Assembly: GCA_040285745.1 (NCBI GenBank)
Contig: JAUFOR010000002.1
Span: 1,054,001-1,118,000, forward strand
Reading direction: 5' to 3'
Length of the DNA: 64,000 bases
From: Barthelona sp. PCE
Lineage: Eukaryota
Positions 32,058 through 42,222 of this stretch are shown piece by piece. How positions within the stretch are numbered: the first letter of the stretch is position 1; each line of letters opens with the position of its first letter. The translations under genes were made by a program, and so were the position numbers. The notes below the pieces were generated by a model that saw only the letters and a program-made list of their open reading frames with translations, did not search any database and was not told where the DNA came from.

Positions 32058-34193
32058 TTACTCTGTTTGTTTCATACGTACTTCCTGAAGGATGGAAAGC
32101 AGCTGTAAATCAGTATCTGTGATGGCATTAAGAGCCTTGGCATTCTTGCCTTTCATACTATTCACTTGCTTTGAAACTTGCTCTTGAACTTCCTCCATTT
32201 CAACTTCATGATCTTCCATGACCGTTGTTCTGAAGTTGGTTAAGAATGAGTTCATAAGCAGTTTGGCATTGGGTAATAGGTACGCAGGAGTTGCAATGAT
32301 ATCATCCACATCTGCTTTGCGTTTGTATGTCTCCTCAATTTTAGGAGCCCTCTTCTCGAAAGTAATCGATAACATCTTCTTTTTATCGCTCTTTTCCATC
32401 ACTTCTTCGCTTACTTCATTGTGAACAATATAATGTATGCTTCTATCAATACAAACTCCAAAAAGAGTTGATTCAAAAGCAATTAGCGTCTCAATTACTG
32501 GAAAATCCGAAATTAAGCTCGTTTTTCCATCACATAAGTTCAATTTTTTGATATCTGTCGTTTCATTATCAGTGTAATAAAATGAATCGCGCATAAATGC
32601 ACCCGAAACCAAGAAATCATCAATGGCATATACAACCTTGAGTGATACCAAATCAAAAACAATTGTTGATGTTTCCGTAGTAACTGCACAGTGTGTAGAA
32701 CAGAAAATAGATCTAATGACACCTGTAATACTTGAAGAGCAAAGCAGAACGCTCTCGATCTGTTGTAGGCCATGAGTCATTATATAAAGTGAGTTTTTAC
32801 CAAACAAATAGATTCGATCATTAGTCACAAATAGATCAACAGCACAAAACGACAATGGTCGATCATGTCTTTCAGATCCACAAAGCGAAAATATGCTGCT
32901 TGCGTTGTTTTCTCCAGCAAGAATACCAAATATGTTACCTTGAGGAGAAAATCCCACGCACAGAACTTCGCTCTTCATATCAATGTGAGACACGTCTTCC
33001 AGGTTCTCGTTTAAAACAAGCACACGGTTAAATGGAGCAGTGAAAACACTATTGCTTGGTTTACGGTGCATTACAACAAGAACTGTACCTGTTTTTGGGT
33101 CATGTGCTACCCTATTAACTACAACAGGGTTTGTTTTTTCGAAACCAGCACCTTTAGAACGAACAACCATCTTTCTTGATGCCAAAATTGTCTTTCTGAC
33201 CATGTCAACCTTGTGAACAATGTCTCCATCCGTTGTGATTGTCACTGGGAGAACTGTGTTGGACACAGTGCAATGGTGAACTGAAGGAAGCACACTTGAG
33301 AGAGTTTTGCTAACTTGCATTGTGCCAGCATCAATGAAATGAATCTCATTCTTTGCCGTTGTTGCACAATACACGGCACCATCATGTGATGCACACACGC
33401 TCAATATCTTTGAAAGACGAGGTGTGAAGGAAGGACGGTGAGTCGAGAGAGACCATGCAACCAAAACGCCTTCAATACCACCAGTCAACAGTGTTCCTGT
33501 ATTGAACCCGCCTGCTTTCATGTCGTTAACACAGTGATGATGCCAATGGAGCTTTGTTGTCTGCCAATCACCTGGGTTACCTGAAAGAACTGAGATACAT
33601 CCATTTTCTTCACAAAGTGCCAATGAATTATTATTGATCTTGATGAGCGTGCTCAGGTGACTGTTGAAATATATTGTTTCAATGTCTCTGCGGTCAGAAT
33701 CAATGAGACATAATTTTGTTCCGTCTAAAAAGAAAATAACGTCATTTAACAATAGTAAATCAACTGAAAAATGCCTGCTCTTGCTGATTCGGGTAGTTTC
33801 TTGGTTGATAAAAGAATATCTGTAGATGCATACAGTTTTATAAACTTTATCATTAGATTTTGATTTTGAAGGCTTTCTAATGATATAATAGACATCTTCA
33901 TCATTGGAAGACACGACGAAGTTGTAAACCTGATATCCTATGTTGAGATCCCATTCTGTTTGTGTTGGGAAATCATAACTCCAACAACAAATGTTCCCCT
34001 CTGAACCGGAAGTATAAAACTTGTTATTTGCCTGGTGCATTTGTGTGATTTTCAAGTGAGGAGTGGTAACAGTATGTGCAATCATGTAAGTTTCGCAAGA
34101 AATCCATCGAATTTCATTCCCCGTTGAAATAATCAAGTAGTAGTCATCTGGGGTGAATATGGGCGAGATATGTGAGGCAATAATCCCGTCCAT
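32058..34193 (-). CDS. WDR75: SSU processome t-UTP subunit WDR75/Utp17
   Basis: TKLHWHHHCV..LLTGGIEGVLVAW..FTPRL signature, WD40 repeats and a C-terminal PAYLLP. Confidence 0.85.
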   Translation of the reverse strand: MDGIIASHISPIFTPDDYYLIISTGNEIRWISCETYMIAHTVTTPHLKITQMHQANNKFYTSGSEGNICCWSYDFPTQTEWDLNIGYQVYNFVVSSNDEDVYYIIRKPSKSKSNDKVYKTVCIYRYSFINQETTRISKSRHFSVDLLLLNDVIFFLDGTKLCLIDSDRRDIETIYFNSHLSTLIKINNNSLALCEENGCISVLSGNPGDWQTTKLHWHHHCVNDMKAGGFNTGTLLTGGIEGVLVAWSLSTHRPSFTPRLSKILSVCASHDGAVYCATTAKNEIHFIDAGTMQVSKTLSSVLPSVHHCTVSNTVLPVTITTDGDIVHKVDMVRKTILASRKMVVRSKGAGFEKTNPVVVNRVAHDPKTGTVLVVMHRKPSNSVFTAPFNRVLVLNENLEDVSHIDMKSEVLCVGFSPQGNIFGILAGENNASSIFSLCGSERHDRPLSFCAVDLFVTNDRIYLFGKNSLYIMTHGLQQIESVLLCSSSITGVIRSIFCSTHCAVTTETSTIVFDLVSLKVVYAIDDFLVSGAFMRDSFYYTDNETTDIKKLNLCDGKTSLISDFPVIETLIAFESTLFGVCIDRSIHYIVHNEVSEEVMEKSDKKKMLSITFEKRAPKIEETYKRKADVDDIIATPAYLLPNAKLLMNSFLTNFRTTVMEDHEVEMEEVQEQVSKQVNSMKGKNAKALNAITDTDLQLLSILQEVRMKQTE

Positions 34194-34198
34194 TTTGT

Positions 34199-34211
34199 GA
34201 AAAGGGTGAAA
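34199..34211 (-). promoter_or_regulatory. Core-promoter CCCTTTT motif (example upstream of WDR75)
   Basis: The minus strand reads TTTCACCCTTTTCacaaaATG. Confidence 0.55.
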
Positions 34212-34274
34212 TAAGTTGCTCTAACAATGAAAAAACCTGTTGTCATTTTTTCCCAACTTTTCACTTACTTGACT

Positions 34275-34439
34275 ATGAACAAATGTGTTATTTGCCTTCA
34301 AGAACACATTCAAAAAACTCCAACACAACAATGTCATTTGTGTTCTAGCAATTTTTGTACTGTTTGTCTTCGACGTTATAACAGACAAAGTGGAAACAGG
34401 GAATCTGTCTGTCCCGTGTGTTTTGTATATCTAAAATAA
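34275..34439 (+). CDS. 54 aa stand-alone RING-like zinc finger
   Basis: CVIC-x12-CHLC-x4-CTVC-x14-CPVC: eight Cys in RING spacing. Confidence 0.65.
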   Translation: MNKCVICLQEHIQKTPTQQCHLCSSNFCTVCLRRYNRQSGNRESVCPVCFVYLK

Positions 34440-34603
34440 TGTTGAACAGTATAGCCATCAATTTTCTTTAATAATCATCTTTTGTGGATTTATTGCTTTT
34501 TTTTCTTCTCTACATTGGGGAATTGTAGCCCATAAAGATACCTAGGAAAAATAAATATTTGTGTTATAATGGTTCTGCATTTTTATCCCCTATCATTGTG
34601 TAA

Positions 34604-35155
34604 ATGCAAGATTCGAACGTTAAACAATCGCATAAGGCGTACATAGGGAATTTACCACAAGAATTCAACACTGAAGAGATCCTACGAGTATGGAGTGAAA
34701 GAGCGGGTAAAGTTGGTGATATTACAACCGGGTCAGGTCATTTTGCTTTCATAGAGTTTGAAGATTCTCAGTCTCTTGAGCGTTTTTGCAACATGTATGA
34801 CAAACATTATGTTGCTAATAATCAATTGAGTGTTCAAGTAGCCAGACGTAAGACTAAGCGTTCAAACAATCAGAGGCAGCACTCGCAGCACCCACACAAC
34901 AGACCTAATCATGGTTATATGCCTGTTCGACCATTCCAGCAACCACAGTATTTCCAACAGTATCCATATGGAAGTGCTGCTCCTCCGCAGTATCATCAGC
35001 CGTACTACGCCCAACCACCGCAGTACTATAGCGCCCCACACATGCCGAACTATGCTCCTCAACAGCATCACCATCAACATCCACAACCTCAAAGGGCACC
35101 ATCTAAAGGATCAGAACCTACTGATAGATGGAGCCAGAGTCCTCCCCCTCAGTAA
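34604..35155 (+). CDS. Single-RRM protein with a Q/P/Y-rich prion-like tail
   Basis: RNP2 AYIGNL and RNP1 HFAFIEF, ending LSVQVAR. Confidence 0.85.
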   Translation: MQDSNVKQSHKAYIGNLPQEFNTEEILRVWSERAGKVGDITTGSGHFAFIEFEDSQSLERFCNMYDKHYVANNQLSVQVARRKTKRSNNQRQHSQHPHNRPNHGYMPVRPFQQPQYFQQYPYGSAAPPQYHQPYYAQPPQYYSAPHMPNYAPQQHHHQHPQPQRAPSKGSEPTDRWSQSPPPQ

Positions 35156-35429
35156 TAAAAGGAAATAGTGTTTCTTTTTTCTGATCAAACAACATTTCCC
35201 AACTATTTTTGTCCAAAAACAACATTTAAAAGATTGTGGCACCATTAGCATTATCTAAAATTACAAATGTCTAAACAAACTCTCTCTCGGGTAGGATTGG
35301 AAAATAGAATCCTTTCGCTGTAGCACTCGTTTTTTTAACTTCAAAATGGCTCTAAAGTGCTTTGACCGGTGAATTATTCATCCATTTGCTTTATTTGATC
35401 GTAAATGTAGTTTTTACTTTTTTCTTCAG

Positions 35430-38105
35430 ATGTCAGTCATTTGGAGAAGTGACCAATCAAGCGTGGTCAGTGCAAGCTTTCTCAAGCAATATATAGTCAT
35501 TGGATTTGAGAAATGCATCAGGGTATATGAAAATATACATTTTCTCCAGATTGGGCAGGATATTGAATTTTTAGATGATGTAGTTGCCGTTTTCACAGCA
35601 TTGCAATCCATCATCGTGGTTTTAAATCATTCAGTTCAAGTCATAAGAAAGGTTCAAGGAAAAGACTTGTTTTCAATAACAGGTTCACATAAACTCCGTT
35701 CTAAAGTTGCATTTACTGCATGCGACACCATCACGGGTAGAGTTTTACTTGAATTGGAAGATAATTCTTTGCAGGTACAAATTTTAACCCTAAGAAGTAA
35801 TCATCGTAGTTTTGAAACATATGTACAACCGTTGTTCCTCACTGAACCTATGCTAAACTGCTTCTTTTCACATTCAAAGGTTTTAATCACAATGAACTCT
35901 GGAATTTTTTTGTGTGATCTACAGCATGATTCTCTATTGCATACTGTAATAGATTTCACTGATGAAGAGTCACCGCTGTCAAGGGGCCAGATCCGTAAGA
36001 CATGCATGGTCTTTGACGATGATGGATACTTGGTGTACTTGAATTTACTGAATCGAGAGAATGAGTTTTTCAGAGTTTCTATTAATAGGTTAACCCATCG
36101 TCCAGATTTCTCTTCTTTGATACAGATTGATACAGATTATAAAATTCGGTGTACGTCACCAACATCATATAATGCCATTTTGTTATTATGTGAGAATCCT
36201 CAAACAAACGAGCAAAATCTCTCAATTTTCCGACCAACTTATGATCTTATCACATTTAAACAGAAAATCAACATGCAGCAATCGAAGTTGAGTTCATTAT
36301 GTTTCTTTAATAACAATTTCTGTGGCGCCATTAGCAGTACCGGATATTTTGTTTTGATAAGAATCAATGAGGACTCCTTAGGAACTCATTCAATTATTGA
36401 TGAAGACGTTGATGAAGATCTTGATATCGAAATGGAATCTTTCTTACGAGACGTAAAAGGAAAATCCAAAACTTTCTTATTGAAATTACTTGAACAACCT
36501 TCTATTTCCCATATTAGTGCGAAACTGAGTGTCATGTCCCGGTTGGACTTTGATTTCAGTGTTTATGACGAAAATAATGAGAATGCCCTCTTCTACTTTA
36601 TTCGCTTTCAACCATTAACTGCTTCCTTCGTTGACATTTTAAGACAGTTATATTGGTTAGATTGCCCCATGAGAAGGAATCGTATTGGAGAGTCTCTTTT
36701 AACAGTGTTTTTGGAAAAAGATCTTACTACGGCTGATTGTGAAGTAATTTGTGAAGTACTGAAATTTCTATTACGAAATGAATGTCCGTTGGGTGTTTCC
36801 CGCAGCGGATCAACTCCTCTTCATTTATTATTTCAGTTACCAAGTGTTTTGGAAGATATACGTTTCAAAATGGTTAACCTTTTTTTGGATTATTTTTCAA
36901 CCCATTATAATTCTTTGGATGACGAGCCTTATTCGGATTTATTCGGGCACACCAATGAAGATGGTCGTACTGCTTACCACTATTTATGTCACTATCAATT
37001 AAAGAATCCAGATATGTTAAGGATGTTACAGCTATGTGTAGAAAAAGATTTTCATGCTGATAAACACATTTCTATTGCTGATAGATTCGGTGATACCATA
37101 GAAATTCTCATTAATCGTTTGGTTGTCAAGGAAAAAGAGCGTAATGCAATATTTAGTGTATTTACCTTACAAGATCTCGAGCTTGATAATCATGTAATTA
37201 GTTCACAGAAAAGCTTTGGCCTGCTGGAGAAAACAAACACGTTACAGAAGCAATCATCAACATTTTTTCATCCTCTGGAGAATTTTTCTGAAGAACACTT
37301 TGTTATTACTGCGTTCGGTAATGAATTTGAAGATATTGCAGAAGCATCGGTCAAAGTATTTAGTATATTCCCAACACTGAATTGCTACAGATTGTCTCTA
37401 ACCAACCTTACCATATTTGCAATTGAACTAACGCGTGCTATGCATTCAGCTTTTACAACCGACTTTACAATTGTAAGTAAGAGATTCTTCCGCATAGGGT
37501 TACAGAAGTTGTTGAATGTCTTTAAAGGTATTGAGATTTTGATTCAGAGTAATTTTTTGATGGATATTGATCAGATCAAGAACTTGTTTCAGATACTGTT
37601 TGAGTTACACACTAACTTAATACAAAATATGAACGTGCATGAAATGAATAGCATCATCATACCAGATATGAAGAAGACATTAACAATTGACTATGACTTG
37701 AATCCTGGTAACTCAAAATCCAACTTGCAAGAACCCCTTTCGTCTGTATCTACCGATGTTGAGGAGGTTGTTTTGGAGGAAGACCAGGCGCATACCTCTG
37801 TATCAAACCCGCTCACTCTCATTAATGTTGATACAGAGATGGTTCAAAGTGTTGAATTTGTGACAAATTCTGAATTAACTCATTCTGGTGTTTTATTTTC
37901 ACCAAAAACAACTGGAAGCTCTATTGTGCTTAATATTGAAAATGTAACACAATCAAGTTCCGCAGAAGTCATTAAAATTTCAGAAACAAAATCTGTTTTA
38001 CATAACTTGTCTTCAGAGAACGATATCGGGAAAAAAGAAAGTTTTGAAACCAAGAGCGACATCGAAGATGATGTTGATAACAGTGGATGTTGCAATCTCC
38101 TATAA
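35430..38105 (+). CDS. Beta-propeller-like plus ankyrin-repeat protein with a C-terminal CaaX
   Basis: Beta-rich N-terminal ~310 aa, ankyrin-like GESLL, GSTPLHLL and DGRTAYHYL, ending SGCCNLL*. Confidence 0.7.
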   Translation: MSVIWRSDQSSVVSASFLKQYIVIGFEKCIRVYENIHFLQIGQDIEFLDDVVAVFTALQSIIVVLNHSVQVIRKVQGKDLFSITGSHKLRSKVAFTACDTITGRVLLELEDNSLQVQILTLRSNHRSFETYVQPLFLTEPMLNCFFSHSKVLITMNSGIFLCDLQHDSLLHTVIDFTDEESPLSRGQIRKTCMVFDDDGYLVYLNLLNRENEFFRVSINRLTHRPDFSSLIQIDTDYKIRCTSPTSYNAILLLCENPQTNEQNLSIFRPTYDLITFKQKINMQQSKLSSLCFFNNNFCGAISSTGYFVLIRINEDSLGTHSIIDEDVDEDLDIEMESFLRDVKGKSKTFLLKLLEQPSISHISAKLSVMSRLDFDFSVYDENNENALFYFIRFQPLTASFVDILRQLYWLDCPMRRNRIGESLLTVFLEKDLTTADCEVICEVLKFLLRNECPLGVSRSGSTPLHLLFQLPSVLEDIRFKMVNLFLDYFSTHYNSLDDEPYSDLFGHTNEDGRTAYHYLCHYQLKNPDMLRMLQLCVEKDFHADKHISIADRFGDTIEILINRLVVKEKERNAIFSVFTLQDLELDNHVISSQKSFGLLEKTNTLQKQSSTFFHPLENFSEEHFVITAFGNEFEDIAEASVKVFSIFPTLNCYRLSLTNLTIFAIELTRAMHSAFTTDFTIVSKRFFRIGLQKLLNVFKGIEILIQSNFLMDIDQIKNLFQILFELHTNLIQNMNVHEMNSIIIPDMKKTLTIDYDLNPGNSKSNLQEPLSSVSTDVEEVVLEEDQAHTSVSNPLTLINVDTEMVQSVEFVTNSELTHSGVLFSPKTTGSSIVLNIENVTQSSSAEVIKISETKSVLHNLSSENDIGKKESFETKSDIEDDVDNSGCCNLL

Positions 38106-38131
38106 TTATAAGTAAACAATTTTTTCACCCA

Positions 38132-39055
38132 ATGCATTCAGATTATCTGAAAGGCCTGTTTTTTCTACTTATAGTTGTTGTACTATGGGTAGGGAGTGGT
38201 TTTGTACTACAAGATGTTATGTCCGATAATTTTCCGTTTCCCTTTTTTGTAACTTGGGTCTGTGCATCATATTTTGCAGTTTTATTGCTGGATTTCAGAA
38301 AGAACAAAACATATACGAGCTCCCCAAAGAAGCAAATTAAGAGAAATGCACTGAAGTTCTGCTTTCTATGGAATGCTGCAAACTTTTTTTATAACCTGGG
38401 TTTACAAAAGACTTCTCTGTCATCCACAACACTCATGTCAACATTTTCTTCATTTTTCACTCTCATATTTGCAAGCATTATTGATAAAAAAAGACCTAAG
38501 AGTAATGTAATTGCTTTAACTACTCTTTCGGTGGTTGGAGCTGCTGCAATCGCATGGGATGACTCCAGTGGAACAGGAAAGGCGTCTCTTGTTGGAGATC
38601 TTTTCGCTCTTCTTAGCGCTTGCTTTTATGGTATGTATACGGTTTCTATCCCTAAACTATCAAATCCCCGCGACCTACACACGTTCCTTGGGTACGTAGG
38701 TGTGTATACATTTGTAATAGGAGGTCCGTTCATTCTTCTACTAGAATTTGATGCCTTAAGGCAAATAACATTGAGCATATTCATTCGTATAACACTTAAT
38801 GCACTACTTTGCACTGTGCTTTCAGATTACATCTGGGCTAAGGCAGTGCATTATACTTCAGAATTGGTGGCAACACTTGCAATTTCAGCAACGATTCCAT
38901 TGAGTTTGATTGTTGATTATTTTACCAGTCATATAGGAATAGATTTTGTTGAAATAGTAGGAGTAGTTTGCTTTTTATTAGGTTTCTTTTTTGTGAGTGT
39001 TCAAAACTACAAGGATAAAGAAAATACAGACAGTTTACTTGAAATTAATACTTAA
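38132..39055 (+). CDS. DMT/EamA transporter, SLC35F5/Thi74-like
   Basis: GLFFLLIVVVLWVGS, FCFLWNAANFFYN, GDLFALLSACFYGMYT and SDYIWAKAV..TSELVAT, about 10 TM helices. Confidence 0.88.
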   Translation: MHSDYLKGLFFLLIVVVLWVGSGFVLQDVMSDNFPFPFFVTWVCASYFAVLLLDFRKNKTYTSSPKKQIKRNALKFCFLWNAANFFYNLGLQKTSLSSTTLMSTFSSFFTLIFASIIDKKRPKSNVIALTTLSVVGAAAIAWDDSSGTGKASLVGDLFALLSACFYGMYTVSIPKLSNPRDLHTFLGYVGVYTFVIGGPFILLLEFDALRQITLSIFIRITLNALLCTVLSDYIWAKAVHYTSELVATLAISATIPLSLIVDYFTSHIGIDFVEIVGVVCFLLGFFFVSVQNYKDKENTDSLLEINT

Positions 39056-39066
39056 TCAACTTTAAT

Positions 39067-40015
39067 CTAATCAAAAGCACTTTGCAGTGAACTTTGAACA
39101 CCTTCACATGTTTGTTCTAACAAGTCTAACAGATGACGTTCATTAGTTTCACGTTCAAGTCGTTCTTTGTTGAGCTCTTGTGAAAGATTTTCTGCGAGTT
39201 CCTTGATGGAATCAGTAAGCTTTCTATTACTGTCAATTCTTTGTTCACGTTCAACTTCTAAAGCACTGGCAAGTTTACCAGTTTCTTCATCTAATTTCGC
39301 CAAAATTTGCTTGTGTGAATCCTGACGTGAAGCTTCTTCGTGTTGCAAAGACGTACGGAGTTCCTTAAACTCCATAGAAAGTGTCTCAGTTAATCCCTTA
39401 ATAGCATTTTCACGCTCACTCTTTTCAGTAGTTAACTGATGTTGGATACCTCTAGCTTGGTCCTCAACAGCCTTTGTAAAGCTATCCTTAGATGTAGAAC
39501 GTCTGTTTGCTTCTGCTTCGCGATCAGTCTCAAAAGTATGTTGCAACAATTGCAACTCACGCTCAAGACGTTCCTGAAGGATTTCTCTGCTAAGACGCTC
39601 GTCTGACAGACTCTGTTGAAGCTGGTTGACACCTTCAATTAAAAGCTTGAACTTTTGATCATCCAAAACGCTGTTCTTTGTGAACTTCTCTTGTACATCT
39701 CTAATTTTGTTCTCTAACGTTGTTTTGCGACTCTAAATGTTAGGTTATCGGGTATATAACGCATAAAATGTGTATTACAAATGCAAAAACACGTAATAAA
39801 CACGAGGAAAATCCAAAGTGTTTCAAAATCCAAAACGCAACAAAAATAATTGTTCGTTTGGCATACACAATTGCTCGTAGAGTGAGTGCGGCACTCTGAA
39901 TTACCATTAATATGCGCTATTTTTGAAATACAATGTTTTCTCTTTCGAGACCCGCTTGAAGGCGTGAAAGCTTGCTGGAGAGCTGCTGGATACGTGAGTT
40001 ACCTTCTTCTGTCAT
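39067..40015 (-). CDS. SF-assemblin/beta-giardin family protein, 2 exons (40015-39932, 39732-39067)
   Basis: Spliced N-terminus MTEEGNSRIQQLSSKLSRLQAGLERENI-SRKTTLE. Segmented coiled coil with recurrent E-x-x-x-R (ERLSRE, EKSERE, EEASRQ, EREQR, ERLERE). Confidence 0.8.
39733..39931 (-). other. 199 nt structured spliceosomal intron
   Basis: GTATTT...CCTAACATTTAG, phase 0. An 84 nt exon 1 and a 666 nt exon 2 join in frame. Confidence 0.88.
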
Positions 40016-40354
40016 TTTATAATTGATGAAAAGGGAGATAAAATACTACAAATGTTTAGAAAACGCGCATCAGTTTTACTACATCTACATGTGACTTTTA
40101 AACGGTAATTTTCACATAGATCATATCAACAACCACTAAAAAAAAACTTTAAGTCTTGCTACTCGATTTTCTAACTCCACTGAATCTGTGCTGAGCACAA
40201 TTCGTAAATTGATTCCGTTTCTTCACGTTTTTCCAGCGGTTCAAATAGATTTTCTAACCTAAAACACAAAATAAATTCCTTTATCTATACAGGTTCCATT
40301 TTTATGCTTCAATTACCATTAAACATAAATAACCCAACCAAAAATCAAAAAATA

Positions 40355-40885
40355 TTATCTGTAAGTTGCGGATTTTTGAGTAAAGTTTGGAGTAGCATCG
40401 CTAAAAAAGCCTTCATAATCTCTACTTAATGTAGCAATCGTCATAACAGAGTTCTTAGAGCTTAGTCTCACGGGAGCGTTGGGTTGTACATGTTTCCACT
40501 GATTATGTTGTGCATCTGCTTCTTCCATCACTGTTTTGCTGATGTGACTAGATGTGTATTGTTTCCTTAAATCCATTGATTTGGCAGTGACAGTGGGCTG
40601 TCTGTCTATCTTATGTGCTTGAACTTGGATGTTTGTTATGGAAAAGAAGTTTATGACGGGATTACGTGCAAAGTAATTTAAACACGATTCTAATGCCATT
40701 TGATTCAAAAATACAACAGTAATGCGGTTATGTGCAGATGAGTGAGATCGTATTTGCCCAAACTGATCAAAACAAAACCTTAAAAACACATTTTCATCCC
40801 GCTTCACATTGTATGGTGAATTTCTGTTAAAAAAAAATATATTCAACGCCATTTCGTTGGGCGTATAGCCATCTACAGGAATCAT
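40355..40885 (-). CDS. Hypothetical protein with a degenerate RRM-like segment
   Basis: 176 aa. FLRFCFDQFGQIRS...ITVVF...ALESCL follows an RRM pattern. Confidence 0.55.
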   Translation of the reverse strand: MIPVDGYTPNEMALNIFFFNRNSPYNVKRDENVFLRFCFDQFGQIRSHSSAHNRITVVFLNQMALESCLNYFARNPVINFFSITNIQVQAHKIDRQPTVTAKSMDLRKQYTSSHISKTVMEEADAQHNQWKHVQPNAPVRLSSKNSVMTIATLSRDYEGFFSDATPNFTQKSATYR

Positions 40886-41174
40886 ATTCCAGAAAGCAAG
40901 TTATAATTACGATAACGTAGTCTTTTAAAGCAGAGTCTTTTCAAGGTATTCGCCGTAGGTAAAAAGCCCAATCACCAAATTAAGTTGTAGCTAAAGAGAA
41001 GGTAGTGGTAATTGCAAATCATTTCGCATTGTTGGAATACAATTGTGGAATTTCCTTCAACCTAACGACAATTAAATCATATTGAAGACCTTAGAAAAGC
41101 AAATAAAATCAAATACTGCTTACTGTCCTGATCCACATTTTTTACCTCATTCAAACGGACTCACCACACACACA

Positions 41175-42134
41175 ATGTATTCAAGTGACTTTGATCAGGG
41201 GATTAACCAATTTTCTCGACACGGCCGAATCTATCAGCTTGAATTTGCTGTGAAATCAAGCAATGTATGATGATTGTAGAAGGGAACCCTTTTTTTCCAT
41301 GCACAACGTTATTTAAAGAAGCGATGTGCAGCTTTAAATGAATAGTGATGCTATATTATGACACAATGTCGAATAAGCACAACTTGGGCTAACACCTTTA
41401 TTTTTTATTTTGAAACTAATATTTAGCATGGAGCGACTTCAATTGGTATCCAAACTGCACAAGGTGTAGTTCTTGCAGCAGAAAAGAAAGTTGCAAGCAA
41501 ACTTATGATTGTTAAGAGGTCAGACAAGGTATCACAAATTGATGAACATTTAGGCGCCACGTTTTCTGGCCTCATGGCGGATGCCAAAACTATCATTGAG
41601 AAGCTTAGAGATGATGCATTGGAGCATAAATTCGAATTTAATGAACCATTAACAGTTCGTGCAGCAACAAAAAGTATCGTTGATGTAGCGTTGAGTTTTG
41701 GTAAGCACAAGGACTCAGACGAGGAGAGTGAGGAAGAAGACGAATATGCCATGTCAAGACCTATTGGTGTTGCAGTATTGCTGGGTGGCTGGGATAAGAA
41801 CGGTGCTTCATTGTACTGTGTTGATCCTGCAGGCATCACGACTAAGTACGATGCGAAAGTTATAGGTTCAGCTCATGAATCAGGCCAAGCTATCTTGGAA
41901 GCTGATTATTATTCATCGATTTCTCTTGAAGACGGTATCAAATTGGCATTAACAATTCTCAGAAGAGAAATGGAGCAGAGGGCCAGTGGTAATAACATTG
42001 AACTGGCTATGATCACTGAAGAAGGTTTTATCAGAATGAGTAGTGAGGAAATTGATAATATCATTAAAGAATTGGAAGATGAAGATGTTTCTGAAGAAGC
42101 AGAGCTGAGGAGAAGACTCCAAGAACAAAAATAA
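41175..42134 (+). CDS. PSMA5: 20S proteasome subunit alpha-5, 2 exons (41175-41264, 41427-42134)
   Basis: Exon 1 MYSSDFDQGINQFSRHGRIYQLEFA. Exon 2 HGATSIGI..GVVLAAEKK, SGLMADA, ALSFG and MSRPIGVAVL. Confidence 0.93.
41265..41426 (+). other. 162 nt structured spliceosomal intron
   Basis: GTATGA...ACTAATATTTAG, phase 0. Removal restores the proteasome alpha N-terminal signature. Confidence 0.93.
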
Positions 42135-42222
42135 AACATTGTTAAACTTTGTTTTGATATGTTCGATTCTATTTCTTGTGTTTCGATTTATGCACTTTTT
42201 CATTATTTAGGGTCACGTATAG

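Noticed and set aside
35346-35429. Possible mini-exon ATGGCT...CG|GTGAAT...TTCAG upstream of the 35430 gene
   Set aside because: The signals do not match the local consensus and splicing gives an out-of-frame product with an early TAG.
41265-41273. C-box-like ATGATGA in the PSMA5 intron, and GTGATGA in the CHY intron
   Set aside because: Neither intron has a downstream CTGA D box on the sense strand, so a C/D snoRNA is not supported.
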